A stretch of DNA of 64,000 bases from Bacteroidota bacterium (GTDB lineage Bacteria > Bacteroidota > Bacteroidia > Bacteroidales > Cfx3-03), in assembly GCA_013390605.1 (NCBI GenBank), contig JACAUB010000001.1, forward strand, positions 2,302,021 through 2,366,020, read 5' to 3'. The notes below the pieces were generated by a model that had not been told where the DNA came from, did not search any database, and saw only the letters and a program-made list of their open reading frames with translations. How positions within the stretch are numbered: the first letter of the stretch is position 1; each line of letters starts with the position of its first letter. Positions 38,588 through 48,070 of this stretch are shown piece by piece. A program made the translations under genes and the position numbers.

Positions 38588-39892
38588 TCATTCATTTTTA
38601 ATGATCTTTAACGTATCATTTTTATACGACCAAATCATGATTCCCATCGCAATAACAACAAATCCCATCCCAATAACAAAGGTAATAGTAAACCCATAAA
38701 TCTGATAAAAAAGAACACCTAAAACAGGTGCAAAAAACGATCGTACACTCGTTAGAAACAGATGAACACTTTGATAATCACCGGCTTCTTCATTTCTACA
38801 AAAGTAAGCAGAACCGATGTTAAACAAAAGTGGCATTGATGATGAAAAGAAACTTTGCGCCAATAAATAACCAATTAGCATGGCATAAATCTGAATACCC
38901 ATCACTGAAATATGCCACCTAAAAAAGGTAGTCATCATCATAAAGAAGATGTATAAAAAAATAGAAAAGAAAGTTAAAACAGCGAATTTTCTTGGATCAA
39001 TCTTTCCAAGCAACTTTCCAAGAAAGGGCAACATCAAAATAGCAAGTATATTATACATGTTCTTATAGAATGCAACACTTGAATAATTGAGATGTAATAC
39101 TTTATCAAAATAGATAGTAATAATCGTAACAGTCGACATAAAAGCAAAACCATAAAACATAAAGCCCCATTCAAAATGACGATAGGGTTTATTGTTTTTG
39201 ATGATCACATTCATCGACCGAATTGACTGTTGAATACTTTTTAAGAAAGTCACTCTTTCTAAAGAACTCCCCTGCGAAGGTGTTGGAATATTTGCCAGCA
39301 TAAATATAGATACCATACCTAATAATCCAGTAACGGGAAAGATATAGGTGAATGCAAAATTATCAGCATCCAGCATTAATCCATAAATAAAAGTAGTCAG
39401 CAACATCAGAATCTTATTGACGGAAGTAGCATAACCATATAACTTTCCAAAATTCTCATGTCGATAATTAGACTTAAGTTGCAGATTTATTAAAGGCGAC
39501 ACTACCGGAAGGGCAAAATAATAGATCAAAATAATAAAAAGAAACAGATAATGATATTCAGGATGTTGAAGTAATGTAACCTGATCATGAGGAAAGAAAA
39601 AAAGCAATAAAAGAGGTACCCGGGTTACTATACCCGTAATCTTCAATAACTGCTTCTTATTGGGGTAATTCCTCAAAAACTCATTAAAGAATACCAGAAA
39701 GATATAAACAATGACACTAAACTGAAACAAAATACTCAATTGTATTTCAGAGCCTTTCATACTTTTTATAAACACAAATTCGTTTAAGGCTAACACACCG
39801 GCTATAAATCCTTCGATAGAAGAATAACCTAAATGAAGTTTGAATGTGTATTTTTCTGAAAGACTAAGTTTTTGTGTTAGTTTAAGAAACAT
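38588..39892 (-). CDS. MFS-type transporter
   Basis: 434 aa, about 12 TM helices in a 6+6 arrangement with a central basic loop, and an MFS motif A-like GKLLGKIDPRK. Confidence 0.65.
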   Translation of the reverse strand: MFLKLTQKLSLSEKYTFKLHLGYSSIEGFIAGVLALNEFVFIKSMKGSEIQLSILFQFSVIVYIFLVFFNEFLRNYPNKKQLLKITGIVTRVPLLLLFFFPHDQVTLLQHPEYHYLFLFIILIYYFALPVVSPLINLQLKSNYRHENFGKLYGYATSVNKILMLLTTFIYGLMLDADNFAFTYIFPVTGLLGMVSIFMLANIPTPSQGSSLERVTFLKSIQQSIRSMNVIIKNNKPYRHFEWGFMFYGFAFMSTVTIITIYFDKVLHLNYSSVAFYKNMYNILAILMLPFLGKLLGKIDPRKFAVLTFFSIFLYIFFMMMTTFFRWHISVMGIQIYAMLIGYLLAQSFFSSSMPLLFNIGSAYFCRNEEAGDYQSVHLFLTSVRSFFAPVLGVLFYQIYGFTITFVIGMGFVVIAMGIMIWSYKNDTLKIIKNE

Positions 39893-39934
39893 CAGATAGT
39901 AGAGTAAGTGTAAAAATCATGAATAGAAACGCTG

Positions 39935-39942
39935 CAAAATTA
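39935..39942 (-). promoter_or_regulatory. putative -7 box (TAATTTTG) for the MFS gene
   Basis: The minus strand reads TAATTTTG, 43 nt upstream of the ATG at 39892. Confidence 0.4.
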
Positions 39943-39980
39943 AGATTTTACCTAACAGTTAGTAAAAAACAAAACCTATA

Positions 39981-39988
39981 TAATTTTG
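39981..39988 (+). promoter_or_regulatory. putative -7 box (TAATTTTG) for gpx
   Basis: TAATTTTG, 31 nt upstream of the ATG at 40019. It overlaps the listed TTG start at 39986, which argues against that start. Confidence 0.4.
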
Positions 39989-40018
39989 TTGTTAAGACTG
40001 AATCTAAACAACCAAGTT

Positions 40019-40561
40019 ATGAAACAAGTCATTTTATTATTTATGAGTATATTGGCAAGTACAGTTATGGCACAGACGCCAAAAACACTTTACGATTTTA
40101 AAGCTACTGCATTAGATGGTAGCTCATTTGATCTCTCATCCCTCAAAGGGAAAAAGGTAATGGTTGTTAATACAGCCTCCAAATGCGGTTTAACACCTCA
40201 ATACAAAGACTTAGAAGCTCTTTACAAACAGTATGGCGATGATAAATTTGTAATCATTGGATTTCCTGCAAACAACTTTGCACAACAAGAACCCGGTAGT
40301 AACAAAGAAATCAGCGAATTCTGTACAAAAAACTATGGTGTTACTTTTCCTATGATGAGTAAAATTTCCGTAAAGGGTGATGATATTGATCCACTCTACA
40401 AATGGCTTACCTCAAAAGAAGAAAATGGTATAATGGATGCTCCTGTACAATGGAACTTCCAGAAGTTTCTGATTGATGAAAATGGTAAGCTTGTTGATAT
40501 GGTCCCCCCAAAAGAATTACCCACCAGCGAAAAGGTAATTAAGTTCATCTCCTCTAATTAA
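40019..40561 (+). CDS. gpx: glutathione peroxidase (Cys type) with signal peptide
   Basis: MKQVILLFMSILASTVMAQ signal; NTASKCGLTPQY (active-site Cys encoded by TGC), WNFQKFLI motif. Confidence 0.92.
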   Translation: MKQVILLFMSILASTVMAQTPKTLYDFKATALDGSSFDLSSLKGKKVMVVNTASKCGLTPQYKDLEALYKQYGDDKFVIIGFPANNFAQQEPGSNKEISEFCTKNYGVTFPMMSKISVKGDDIDPLYKWLTSKEENGIMDAPVQWNFQKFLIDENGKLVDMVPPKELPTSEKVIKFISSN

Positions 40562-40567
40562 ATTATT

Positions 40568-40617
40568 TTCTCCCTTCTGTTGAAACAGGGATTTCCCCAT
40601 TTCAACAGAAGGGAGAA
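40568..40617 (+). terminator. strong hairpin after gpx
   Basis: 18-bp perfect stem TTCTCCCTTCTGTTGAAA / TTTCAACAGAAGGGAGAA with a 14-nt loop. Confidence 0.75.
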
Positions 40618-40870
40618 ATCACTAAAAGCACTAATGATAAAAACTTTTCGCTGAAATAATATCTGGATTAGTCGAAAAAGTTGAGGGAATATTTGTTTTC
40701 TACTCCAACTAAAGCCGTCGTTCTGTCTAGTTACGAGAAATCATATTTTTCATTGTGAATAGCGATTAGCAAATTTCTCCCAAAAGATCGAAAAGATGGA
40801 GATGTTTTATATGAACAACCTGTTTTCGGTTGATTAATGTTTCACAACTTTTCTACAAGAACCCCTATTT

Positions 40871-40907
40871 CTCAGCCGATACAGATTATAAATCTGTATC
40901 GGCTGAG
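40871..40907. repeat. perfect palindrome, 17-bp arms, 3-nt centre
   Basis: CTCAGCCGATACAGATT ATA AATCTGTATCGGCTGAG, in a gene-free island. Confidence 0.95.
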
Positions 40908-40992
40908 CGTTTTAACAAATAAGAACGGATATCATTTCAACATCAGTCCTATAACGAATCCCAAAAGCAGGAGATCTAGGCCTTTACAGTAT

Positions 40993-41045
40993 GGGATCTG
41001 TACCCGTTCTGTACCCCTTAGGGGTACAGAACGGGTACAGATCCC
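40993..41045. repeat. perfect palindrome, 25-bp arms, 3-nt centre, each arm holding two direct copies of CTGTACCC
   Basis: GGGATCTGTACCCGTTCTGTACCCC TTA GGGGTACAGAACGGGTACAGATCCC. Confidence 0.95.
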
Positions 41046-41320
41046 CCTATTTTTATGAGTGTATTAGAATATTTGTATCTTCAGTGTAAAAGGGAAGAAT
41101 CCTTCGGGAAGTTCCGGGTATTTATTATCCAGGATAAAGTGATCACATAAAGCTCCATCATTTCGATCATTTGAAGAAATTATGCTTAAACCGTTCACGT
41201 TTAAACAGCAGTTCTTTCCACGTGGCCGATACGACGGCTTCAGTAGAAATGAGAAAGTGGATTATTCCCCCAGTTTGTCGGACAGATCCTAATATTTTCG
41301 GTCAAAATCAGTGGAACACA

Positions 41321-41354
41321 AAAAAGGCTGTCTCATATTTGAGACAGCCTTTTT
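41321..41354 (-). terminator. bidirectional-type terminator after the YceI gene
   Basis: 15-bp perfect stem AAAAAGGCTGTCTCA / TGAGACAGCCTTTTT with A/T runs on both sides, 17 nt after the YceI stop. Confidence 0.8.
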
Positions 41355-41370
41355 TGTATGAGCAATTTTC

Positions 41371-42024
41371 TTATTTCTCGGCAACCAAAGTAATCTTTAG
41401 ACCAATTTCGTCATTGATCGATTTATCTTTTAAGTTATCAAAGAACTTCTTTGAACCATAACGAAGGTCAAAATCAGTACGATCAATTGTAAATGAAGGA
41501 GCAGAAGCAGAAACTTTATCTTTACTGAAATTTATTGTAGCAGCAAAAGTTACAGCCCTTGTTTTATCCTTAATTGTCAATAAACCACTAACCTGATGTG
41601 TTGGTTTTGAACCATCAGCTAATGCTTTTCCAGTATAAGTAGATACTTTTGTAACCTTAAAAACAGAAACAGGGTATTTTTTAACATCAAAAAAATCTGG
41701 CGAACTAAGATGTCCTATCAACATCTGATTGGTCTTTGCATCGGTAAGATCCAAATCAGTCAGCGTAGTAAAATCAATATCGAAGCTACCTGCAGTAATA
41801 TTTTTTCCTTTTACAACCAGATAACCACTCTTAAGTTTCAATGTTCCGTTATGTTTTCCCAAAGGCTTGCTGCCTTCCCATTCAACAACACTCGAAGTAG
41901 TATTAACCTTTAATGTATCAGCTTTAGCAGCTTTACCCTTGATAGCCGTACCTTTTGGTGTACCGGCCGCAACTAATCCTGCAGTAAATAGTGCAAGGAC
42001 AGAAATGAACAACACTTTTTTCAT
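41371..42024 (-). CDS. YceI-family periplasmic (polyisoprenoid-binding-like) protein
   Basis: Signal peptide; VEWEGSKPLGKHNGTLKLKSG ... HLSSPDFFDVKKYP ... VSGLLTIKDKTRAVTF, the typical YceI pattern. Confidence 0.88.
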   Translation of the reverse strand: MKKVLFISVLALFTAGLVAAGTPKGTAIKGKAAKADTLKVNTTSSVVEWEGSKPLGKHNGTLKLKSGYLVVKGKNITAGSFDIDFTTLTDLDLTDAKTNQMLIGHLSSPDFFDVKKYPVSVFKVTKVSTYTGKALADGSKPTHQVSGLLTIKDKTRAVTFAATINFSKDKVSASAPSFTIDRTDFDLRYGSKKFFDNLKDKSINDEIGLKITLVAEK

Positions 42025-42338
42025 ATGATTTATAATTTTTAGATTTTCTAAACATCATAAACAGTAAAAAAACATGTTTGTTCAGTCTCATTATTTCCAG
42101 AAAAGTACTTTTTACTTAAATCAAAGATTTTCCACTAGGTAAATTACTTGTCGAAGCACTAAAAGAAGACAATCGTACACTGGTTCAGATATTTAAACTA
42201 CACCAGTGGACGAGAATTCTTCATGAAGCATACGCAAAACGTATTAAGAGATAGATTTCAGAATAATAAGTTCATACCTTATCAAGATTTCTCACCTTAT
42301 ATAAAATGACGAACTTAGATTTAGAATAAAGAAAGAAA

Positions 42339-42731
42339 CTATCCTATTGTAGCAAAAGTTTCTATAACAGGAGGATCAGCCAGGTGTCTTTTTACCAAGC
42401 ATAAATCGGCGACATTGACAACTGCATCTTTATATTTCTCTGGAAAACCTACCGGAAGTTTAATTTCAATTGTAATATTCTTTACCAAATGCTTTTCACG
42501 GTCGAAATCGAAAGTTTGAATAATTTTTATTCCCTCATCAGGTATACCTCTTTGTTGGCAAAACCCCTTTACAAAAATACCTGCACATGTTCCTAAAGAA
42601 GCTAAAAACAGATCGAACGGCGTTGGGGCGCTATTATCACCAGCCGGCATAGGCTGATCTGTGCATATTGTATGTCCTTTAAATTCAGCATTAACCTTTG
42701 CCTTCTCTCCTAATGTTACAATTAATTCCAT
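42339..42731 (-). CDS. OsmC/Ohr-family peroxiredoxin-like protein
   Basis: 130 aa with two conserved Cys contexts (LGTCAGIF and VADLCLVKRH), typical of the OsmC family. Confidence 0.8.
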   Translation of the reverse strand: MELIVTLGEKAKVNAEFKGHTICTDQPMPAGDNSAPTPFDLFLASLGTCAGIFVKGFCQQRGIPDEGIKIIQTFDFDREKHLVKNITIEIKLPVGFPEKYKDAVVNVADLCLVKRHLADPPVIETFATIG

Positions 42732-42789
42732 TTGTTATTTAATTTTTGTTAATAAATTAAAATAGTTTTATTACAAAACAAATATTCTA

Positions 42790-42797
42790 CAAATATA
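42790..42797 (-). promoter_or_regulatory. putative -7 box (TATATTTG) for the OsmC-family gene
   Basis: The minus strand reads TATATTTG, 59 nt upstream of the ATG at 42731. Confidence 0.3.
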
Positions 42798-42997
42798 TAT
42801 ATATTTATACATATATACGCAGACAAGCCCAAAATATTCTGTTGAACCAACCGTTCTATACTTTGTTAAAAGAACAATGATTTTTTAGAAATTAGCAAAC
42901 ACACCATTACTCAATGAAACAAGTTCCTTAATACATCTAAGCTTAACACCCCGGATTTTCACGTTTCATTCAGTATAAAAAATCAAACTATTATTAA

Positions 42998-45448
42998 ATG
43001 AAAACCAAACAAAATAAAACAAATCATACAATCACAGATAGCTCCACCACCTATCCTTATTATACGCGTGAAGAAGTTTTATCCGATTACCAGACAGCTT
43101 TCGAAAGCCGACAGGCAAGTACATTCGGCAGAAAAGAAGTTTTATCAGGAAGAGGAAAGTTTGGAATATTTGGCGATGGCAAAGAGGTTCCGCAATTGGC
43201 TATGTCTCGTGTATTTAATAATGGCGACTGGCGTTCAGGATATTATCGGGATCAAACATTTATGTTTGCATCAGGGATGCTTACATTAGAAGAGTTCTTT
43301 GCACAAGTATATGGCGATACCGATCCACTATTTAATCCTCAAACGAGTGGACGAGTGATGAATAGCCACTGGGCCACACGATTGATTGATGATAATGGAG
43401 CCTGGATATCACATACAGACAAGAAAATCACATCAGCAGATATCTCCCCTACTGCCGGACAGATGCCCCGTTTAATTGGTTTGGCACAGGCGTCAAAGTT
43501 TTATCGTAATAACCCGGAATTAGTCAACCATACAAACTTTTCAATTAACGGCAACGAAGTTGCGTTTGGTACGATTGGCGATGCTTCCACTTCTGAGGGG
43601 CACTTCTGGGAAGCCCTTAATGCAGCTGGTGTATTACAGATTCCACTAGCTATCTCAGTATGGGATGATGGTTTCGGTATATCTGTACCCGCAAAACTTC
43701 AGACAACCAAACAAAATATTTCAGAATTAATAAAAGGCTTTGCCCGCGAGAACGAAGGTGAACAGGGATACGAAATATTCACTGTAAATGGCTGGGACTA
43801 TGCTGCCCTGCGACAGACCTACAAAACAGCCATTGATATTTGCCGGACACAACATGTGCCTGTATTTATCCATGTTAAAGAATTAACCCAACCCTTTGGT
43901 CACTCCACATCTGGTTCGCACGAACGCTATAAAAGTAAAGAACGACTAGTCTGGGAAAAGGAGTACGATTGTCTCAGACAAATGAGAAGTTGGATGATAG
44001 CGGAGCAGATTGCAACCACTGAAGAAGTTGAAAACATAGAAAAGCAAGCCATTGAGCGTGTTAAACTAGCAAAGAAAACAGCATGGGATCACTTCAATAA
44101 CGCCATGCGGGTAAAAAGAGATGAACTAACACGAATAGTAGATGTAAGCAGCTGCAACTGTGCTAAGACGGCCAAGATAGAGAGTATCAAACAAGATCTT
44201 TTACGTTTAGCCGACCCCATTCGAAAAGATATCATTGCATCGGCTCGTAAGATATTACGCTTGATCTGCGATCACTGTAGTAATCCGGATAACTCATTAA
44301 AAATTAATGTGAAGGCCTGGTTGAAAGCAGAGATGGAGGAAGGCGAGCAGAGTTATGGTTCACATCTTTATAGCGAATCAGCTCAATCCGTTTTCAATGT
44401 AGCAGAAGAGAAACCCCGTTATGCACCTAACGCCCCTCTCGTTCCCGGACGAGAGATACTGAAAGAAAATTTTGATTACATCTTTACCCATAATCCGGAA
44501 GTACTGATGTTTGGAGAAGACGTCGGACGGATTGGTGGCGTTAATCAAACCCTTGAAGGGCTACAGGCAAAGCATGGTGAACATCGTATTTTTGATACCG
44601 GTATCCGCGAAACCACAATACTGGGACAAGGTATCGGCCTTGCACTCCGTGGCCTGCGCCCTATTGCAGAGATACAATATTTTGATTATCTCCTCTATGG
44701 CTTACAAATTATTAGCGACGACCTTGCAACACTGCACTATCGCAGTCGGGGTGGTCAGCGTGCGCCGTTAATCATCAGTACGCGTGGTCATCGGCTAGAA
44801 GGCATCTGGCATTCCGGATCGCCCTTAAGCATGGTCATCAACTCAATACGTGGTGTACATGTACTCGTACCACGCGACATGACCCGTGCAGCCGGATTCT
44901 ACAACACAATGCTGGCATCCGACGAACCTGCACTGATAATAGAACCCCTAAATGGCTATCGCTTGCGCGAACCCAAACCTGCAAACATAGGCGAATTTAG
45001 GATTCCACTGGGCATCCCAGAGGTCCTCATTAAGGGTAGTGATGTAACACTAGTAACCTATGGATCGTGCGTCAGAATAGCCGAGGATGCCGTAAACCAA
45101 CTAAAAGAGGTAAACATCAGTGTAGAACTTATTGATGTGCAAACACTCCTACCCTTCGATATTCATCAAATCATATCACAGTCGTTACAAAAGACAAATA
45201 AAGTAGTCTTTTTCGACGAAGACGTTCCCGGAGGAGCTACCGCCTATATGCTGCAGAAGGTATTAGAAGAGCAACAAGGATACTATCATTTGGATGCAGC
45301 ACCTAAAACAATAACTGCCCGAGATCATCGGGCAGCTTATAGTTCAGATGGAGATTATTTTTCGAATCCAAATGCAGAGGATGTTTTCGATACAGTTTAT
45401 AACCTGATGCACGAATACAATCCCACAAAATATCCAAAGATATTTTAG
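42998..45448 (+). CDS. fused alpha/beta E1 component of a 2-oxoacid (branched-chain type) dehydrogenase, TPP-dependent
   Basis: 816 aa. The N-terminal half carries the TPP motif GTIGDASTSEGHFWEALNAAG...WDDGFGIS. The C-terminal half is E1-beta/transketolase-like (FGEDVGRIGGVNQTLEGLQAKHGEHRIFDTGIRE). Confidence 0.88.
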   Translation: MKTKQNKTNHTITDSSTTYPYYTREEVLSDYQTAFESRQASTFGRKEVLSGRGKFGIFGDGKEVPQLAMSRVFNNGDWRSGYYRDQTFMFASGMLTLEEFFAQVYGDTDPLFNPQTSGRVMNSHWATRLIDDNGAWISHTDKKITSADISPTAGQMPRLIGLAQASKFYRNNPELVNHTNFSINGNEVAFGTIGDASTSEGHFWEALNAAGVLQIPLAISVWDDGFGISVPAKLQTTKQNISELIKGFARENEGEQGYEIFTVNGWDYAALRQTYKTAIDICRTQHVPVFIHVKELTQPFGHSTSGSHERYKSKERLVWEKEYDCLRQMRSWMIAEQIATTEEVENIEKQAIERVKLAKKTAWDHFNNAMRVKRDELTRIVDVSSCNCAKTAKIESIKQDLLRLADPIRKDIIASARKILRLICDHCSNPDNSLKINVKAWLKAEMEEGEQSYGSHLYSESAQSVFNVAEEKPRYAPNAPLVPGREILKENFDYIFTHNPEVLMFGEDVGRIGGVNQTLEGLQAKHGEHRIFDTGIRETTILGQGIGLALRGLRPIAEIQYFDYLLYGLQIISDDLATLHYRSRGGQRAPLIISTRGHRLEGIWHSGSPLSMVINSIRGVHVLVPRDMTRAAGFYNTMLASDEPALIIEPLNGYRLREPKPANIGEFRIPLGIPEVLIKGSDVTLVTYGSCVRIAEDAVNQLKEVNISVELIDVQTLLPFDIHQIISQSLQKTNKVVFFDEDVPGGATAYMLQKVLEEQQGYYHLDAAPKTITARDHRAAYSSDGDYFSNPNAEDVFDTVYNLMHEYNPTKYPKIF

Positions 45449-47724
45449 TTTAAAGCATCCGGTTTAATACCCCATTTTGTATTCGGTTTACTATCCATGA
45501 TAAACTCAAGCTTACCGCCCTTCATCATATCCTGATGAAGAATATAGCTTTTATCATAGATTTTATCGTTTAATTTCACTGCCTTGATATAGATGTTCTT
45601 TTCAGAAACATTTGGAGCCAATACCGTAAATGTATTTCCGTTATCAAATGAAAGTACGCTCTTCTTTAGCAAGGGAGAGCCCAGAATATATTTTCCGCTG
45701 GTAGGGTTAACCGGGTAAAAGCCCATCGCACTGAAAGCATACCAGGCCGACATCTGACCACAATCTTCATTTCCGCACAGACCGGAAGCCGTGTTATCAT
45801 ACAGCTCGTTCATGATCTTCTGAACATAAAACTGTGTTTTCCAAGGCTGTCCACCAAAGACATAAAGATAAGCACAATGATGGCTGGGTTCATTACCATG
45901 CGCATACTGACCGATAAAACCAGAGGCATTATCATTAAACTCTTTCGGATGATCAGTCAAAGTAAAGAAAGTATCCAATTTCTTGCAAAATGGTTCTTTA
46001 CCACCAAAAAGATCAATCAAAGCAGGAACATCCTGAGGTACAAACCACAGATACTGCCATGCGTTACCTTCTGTAAATGGGAAACCACCGTTTCCACCAT
46101 AACTAAGTGGGTTAAAAGGCTCCGGCCATTGTCCATCCTTGTTCTTTCCTCTAAAGAAGCCTAAGTTTTTGTCGAACATATTTTTATAGTATTCAGCACG
46201 TTTAGAGAAATAGGCATAGTCGTCCATTTTACCCATCTTCTTTGCCATCTGTGCCACACACCAATCATCAAAGGCAACTTCCACTGCTATTGAAACAGAC
46301 TGTGTCTGAATATCTTCAGGAATGTATCCATATTTATCCCACACATTAAACGGTGAGTTTGTATGCGAAACAGTAGACGAGGCACGAATAGCAGCATAGG
46401 CCTTATCCCAATCGACATTCTGAAATCCTTTTAAATAAGCATCAACAATTACCGGAATAGCATGGTTCCCAATCATACAATAGGTCTCATCACCCCATAG
46501 TTGCCAAATAGGAAGGTAACCATACGTATCATATTGATGCAACATACTATTGATAAAACCGGGTGTACGTTTCTCTTGTAACAATGTAAACAATGGATGA
46601 GCTGCTCTGAAAGTATCCCATAGAGAGAACACAGAATAATGGAGCTTATCTGAAGAAACTGCCGGTGTATCATCAGTTCTGATATAACTACCATCAACAC
46701 CGGCAATGTTTGATGGATGAATAAAGGTATGATAAAGTGCAGTGTAAAATGTCTGCATCTGTTTTTCAGAGCCCTCTACAGAAACCTTACGCAACTCAGC
46801 ATTCCATTGTTCGCGGGCATTAGCCTTAACAGCATCAAAATCCCAGTTAGCAACCTCAGCCTCCAGATTACGACGTGCATCTTCAAGACTAACTGATGAT
46901 AGACCTACTTTTACAAGAACCGGTGTAGTACCGTCAGAATCAAAATGTAGTGCAGCCTTAATGTTTGTTCCATTAATAACAGACACACTTTCCTGAGCCC
47001 GGTTACCCTCAGCCAATGTTACACCCTTAAATGGTTTCGAAAATCTGGCAACAAAATATACATGGCGCAATTTAGACCAACCAGTTATAACACGGAAGCC
47101 CTCAATCGTCTGGTTATCGATTGCCTTTATCTGAGCTGATAGAACTTTACAACTCCAGTAATTACGTTTTTTATCTAACGAATGATCAAGATCAATCAAG
47201 ATATGTGCATCCGAAGTCTTTGGAAACAGATAGCGGTGCATTCCCACGTGACTACTTGCTGTCAATTCAGCCTTTACGTTATAGCTTTTTAACAGAACAC
47301 TATAATAACCCGGTTCTGCATGTTCATTTTTATGATCAAAGGCAGAAAAATATCCGCTTCCCGGCTTTGTCATATCACCCTGATTAAACTTCAACGTGCC
47401 AACAGTAGGCATTACAAGTATATCAAACAAATCAGCCACCCCAGTTCCGCTTAAATGCGTATGACTAAAACCAACGATGGTACTATCTGCATAATTGTAC
47501 CCTGAACAATCCTCGTTAGGTTGAGGATGGGTATCCGGACTCAATTGAACCATGCCAAAGGGTACTACAGCACCCGGAAAGTTACTACCAGCCAGGCTAC
47601 CCGGTTTAGCACCTGTACCGATAAATGGATTTACATATCTGGCAGGATCTGTATTATTGATCTGCTGTGCAAATCCATTGATAAAAAATGAACTGATAAA
47701 TACAATTATCAATAGTTTTTTCAT
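45445..47724 (-). CDS. GH92 family alpha-mannosidase
   Basis: Signal peptide; YVNPFIGTG ... FPGAVVPFGMVQLSPDT ... GFSHTHLSGTG ... GNEPSHH, GH92 hallmarks. Confidence 0.93.
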   Translation of the reverse strand: MKKLLIIVFISSFFINGFAQQINNTDPARYVNPFIGTGAKPGSLAGSNFPGAVVPFGMVQLSPDTHPQPNEDCSGYNYADSTIVGFSHTHLSGTGVADLFDILVMPTVGTLKFNQGDMTKPGSGYFSAFDHKNEHAEPGYYSVLLKSYNVKAELTASSHVGMHRYLFPKTSDAHILIDLDHSLDKKRNYWSCKVLSAQIKAIDNQTIEGFRVITGWSKLRHVYFVARFSKPFKGVTLAEGNRAQESVSVINGTNIKAALHFDSDGTTPVLVKVGLSSVSLEDARRNLEAEVANWDFDAVKANAREQWNAELRKVSVEGSEKQMQTFYTALYHTFIHPSNIAGVDGSYIRTDDTPAVSSDKLHYSVFSLWDTFRAAHPLFTLLQEKRTPGFINSMLHQYDTYGYLPIWQLWGDETYCMIGNHAIPVIVDAYLKGFQNVDWDKAYAAIRASSTVSHTNSPFNVWDKYGYIPEDIQTQSVSIAVEVAFDDWCVAQMAKKMGKMDDYAYFSKRAEYYKNMFDKNLGFFRGKNKDGQWPEPFNPLSYGGNGGFPFTEGNAWQYLWFVPQDVPALIDLFGGKEPFCKKLDTFFTLTDHPKEFNDNASGFIGQYAHGNEPSHHCAYLYVFGGQPWKTQFYVQKIMNELYDNTASGLCGNEDCGQMSAWYAFSAMGFYPVNPTSGKYILGSPLLKKSVLSFDNGNTFTVLAPNVSEKNIYIKAVKLNDKIYDKSYILHQDMMKGGKLEFIMDSKPNTKWGIKPDALN

Positions 47725-47769
47725 TTTAGAATTTATTTTGTAGGGTTAGACGTTTCAGAATCGCAATAT

Positions 47770-47777
47770 CAAAATTA
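47770..47777 (-). promoter_or_regulatory. putative -7 box (TAATTTTG) for the GH92 gene
   Basis: The minus strand reads TAATTTTG, 46 nt upstream of the ATG at 47724. Confidence 0.4.
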
Positions 47778-47935
47778 TGTTTGTTCATTTTTTAATAAAT
47801 CAACACTATTTTTCACAACAAAGTTAAAAACTTTACCTTTCTGTTAGATTAGAAAGAGAATTTTATCTTTCCACAAATTCGCGCCCTGTTATTTCGACCG
47901 CGAAGAAACAATATCCAGAAAACAGTCTACGGTTT

Positions 47936-48070
47936 CATTATAAATAATCCATTGGATGAATTAATTTGGAATATGATCAAAACTAGTTGATTAGGATTTC
48001 AAGCTCATAGAGGTCAAACATATTAACTATTTGATAATCGATCCGCCAATATTTAATTCATCCAACGCGT
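47936..48070 (+). mobile_element. MITE-like non-autonomous element, copy 1 (about 130 bp, 13-bp perfect terminal inverted repeats TTGGATGAATTAA)
   Basis: Aligns by hand with the reverse complement of 54562-54692 at about 104 of 119 core positions. Ends: TTGGATGAATTAATTT ... ATTTAATTCATCCAA. Boundaries uncertain by about 10 bp. Confidence 0.7.

Noticed and set aside
40019-40561. Possible selenocysteine in glutathione peroxidase
   Set aside because: The active-site residue is encoded by TGC (Cys) and there is no in-frame TGA.
40837-41058. 73-aa plus-strand ORF spanning both perfect palindromes
   Set aside because: Its reading frame is dictated by the palindromes (each arm is translated once in each direction), and no promoter box or family resemblance was seen. 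It is more likely non-coding.
41098-41120. GGGAAGTTCCGGGTA resembling the RNase P RNA GAGGAAAGUCCGGGC box
   Set aside because: The resemblance is partial only, and the other conserved RNase P elements are not present nearby.
41171-41461. 96-aa plus-strand ORF
   Set aside because: It runs through the 41321-41354 terminator and into the antisense of the YceI gene, so it is implausible as a gene.
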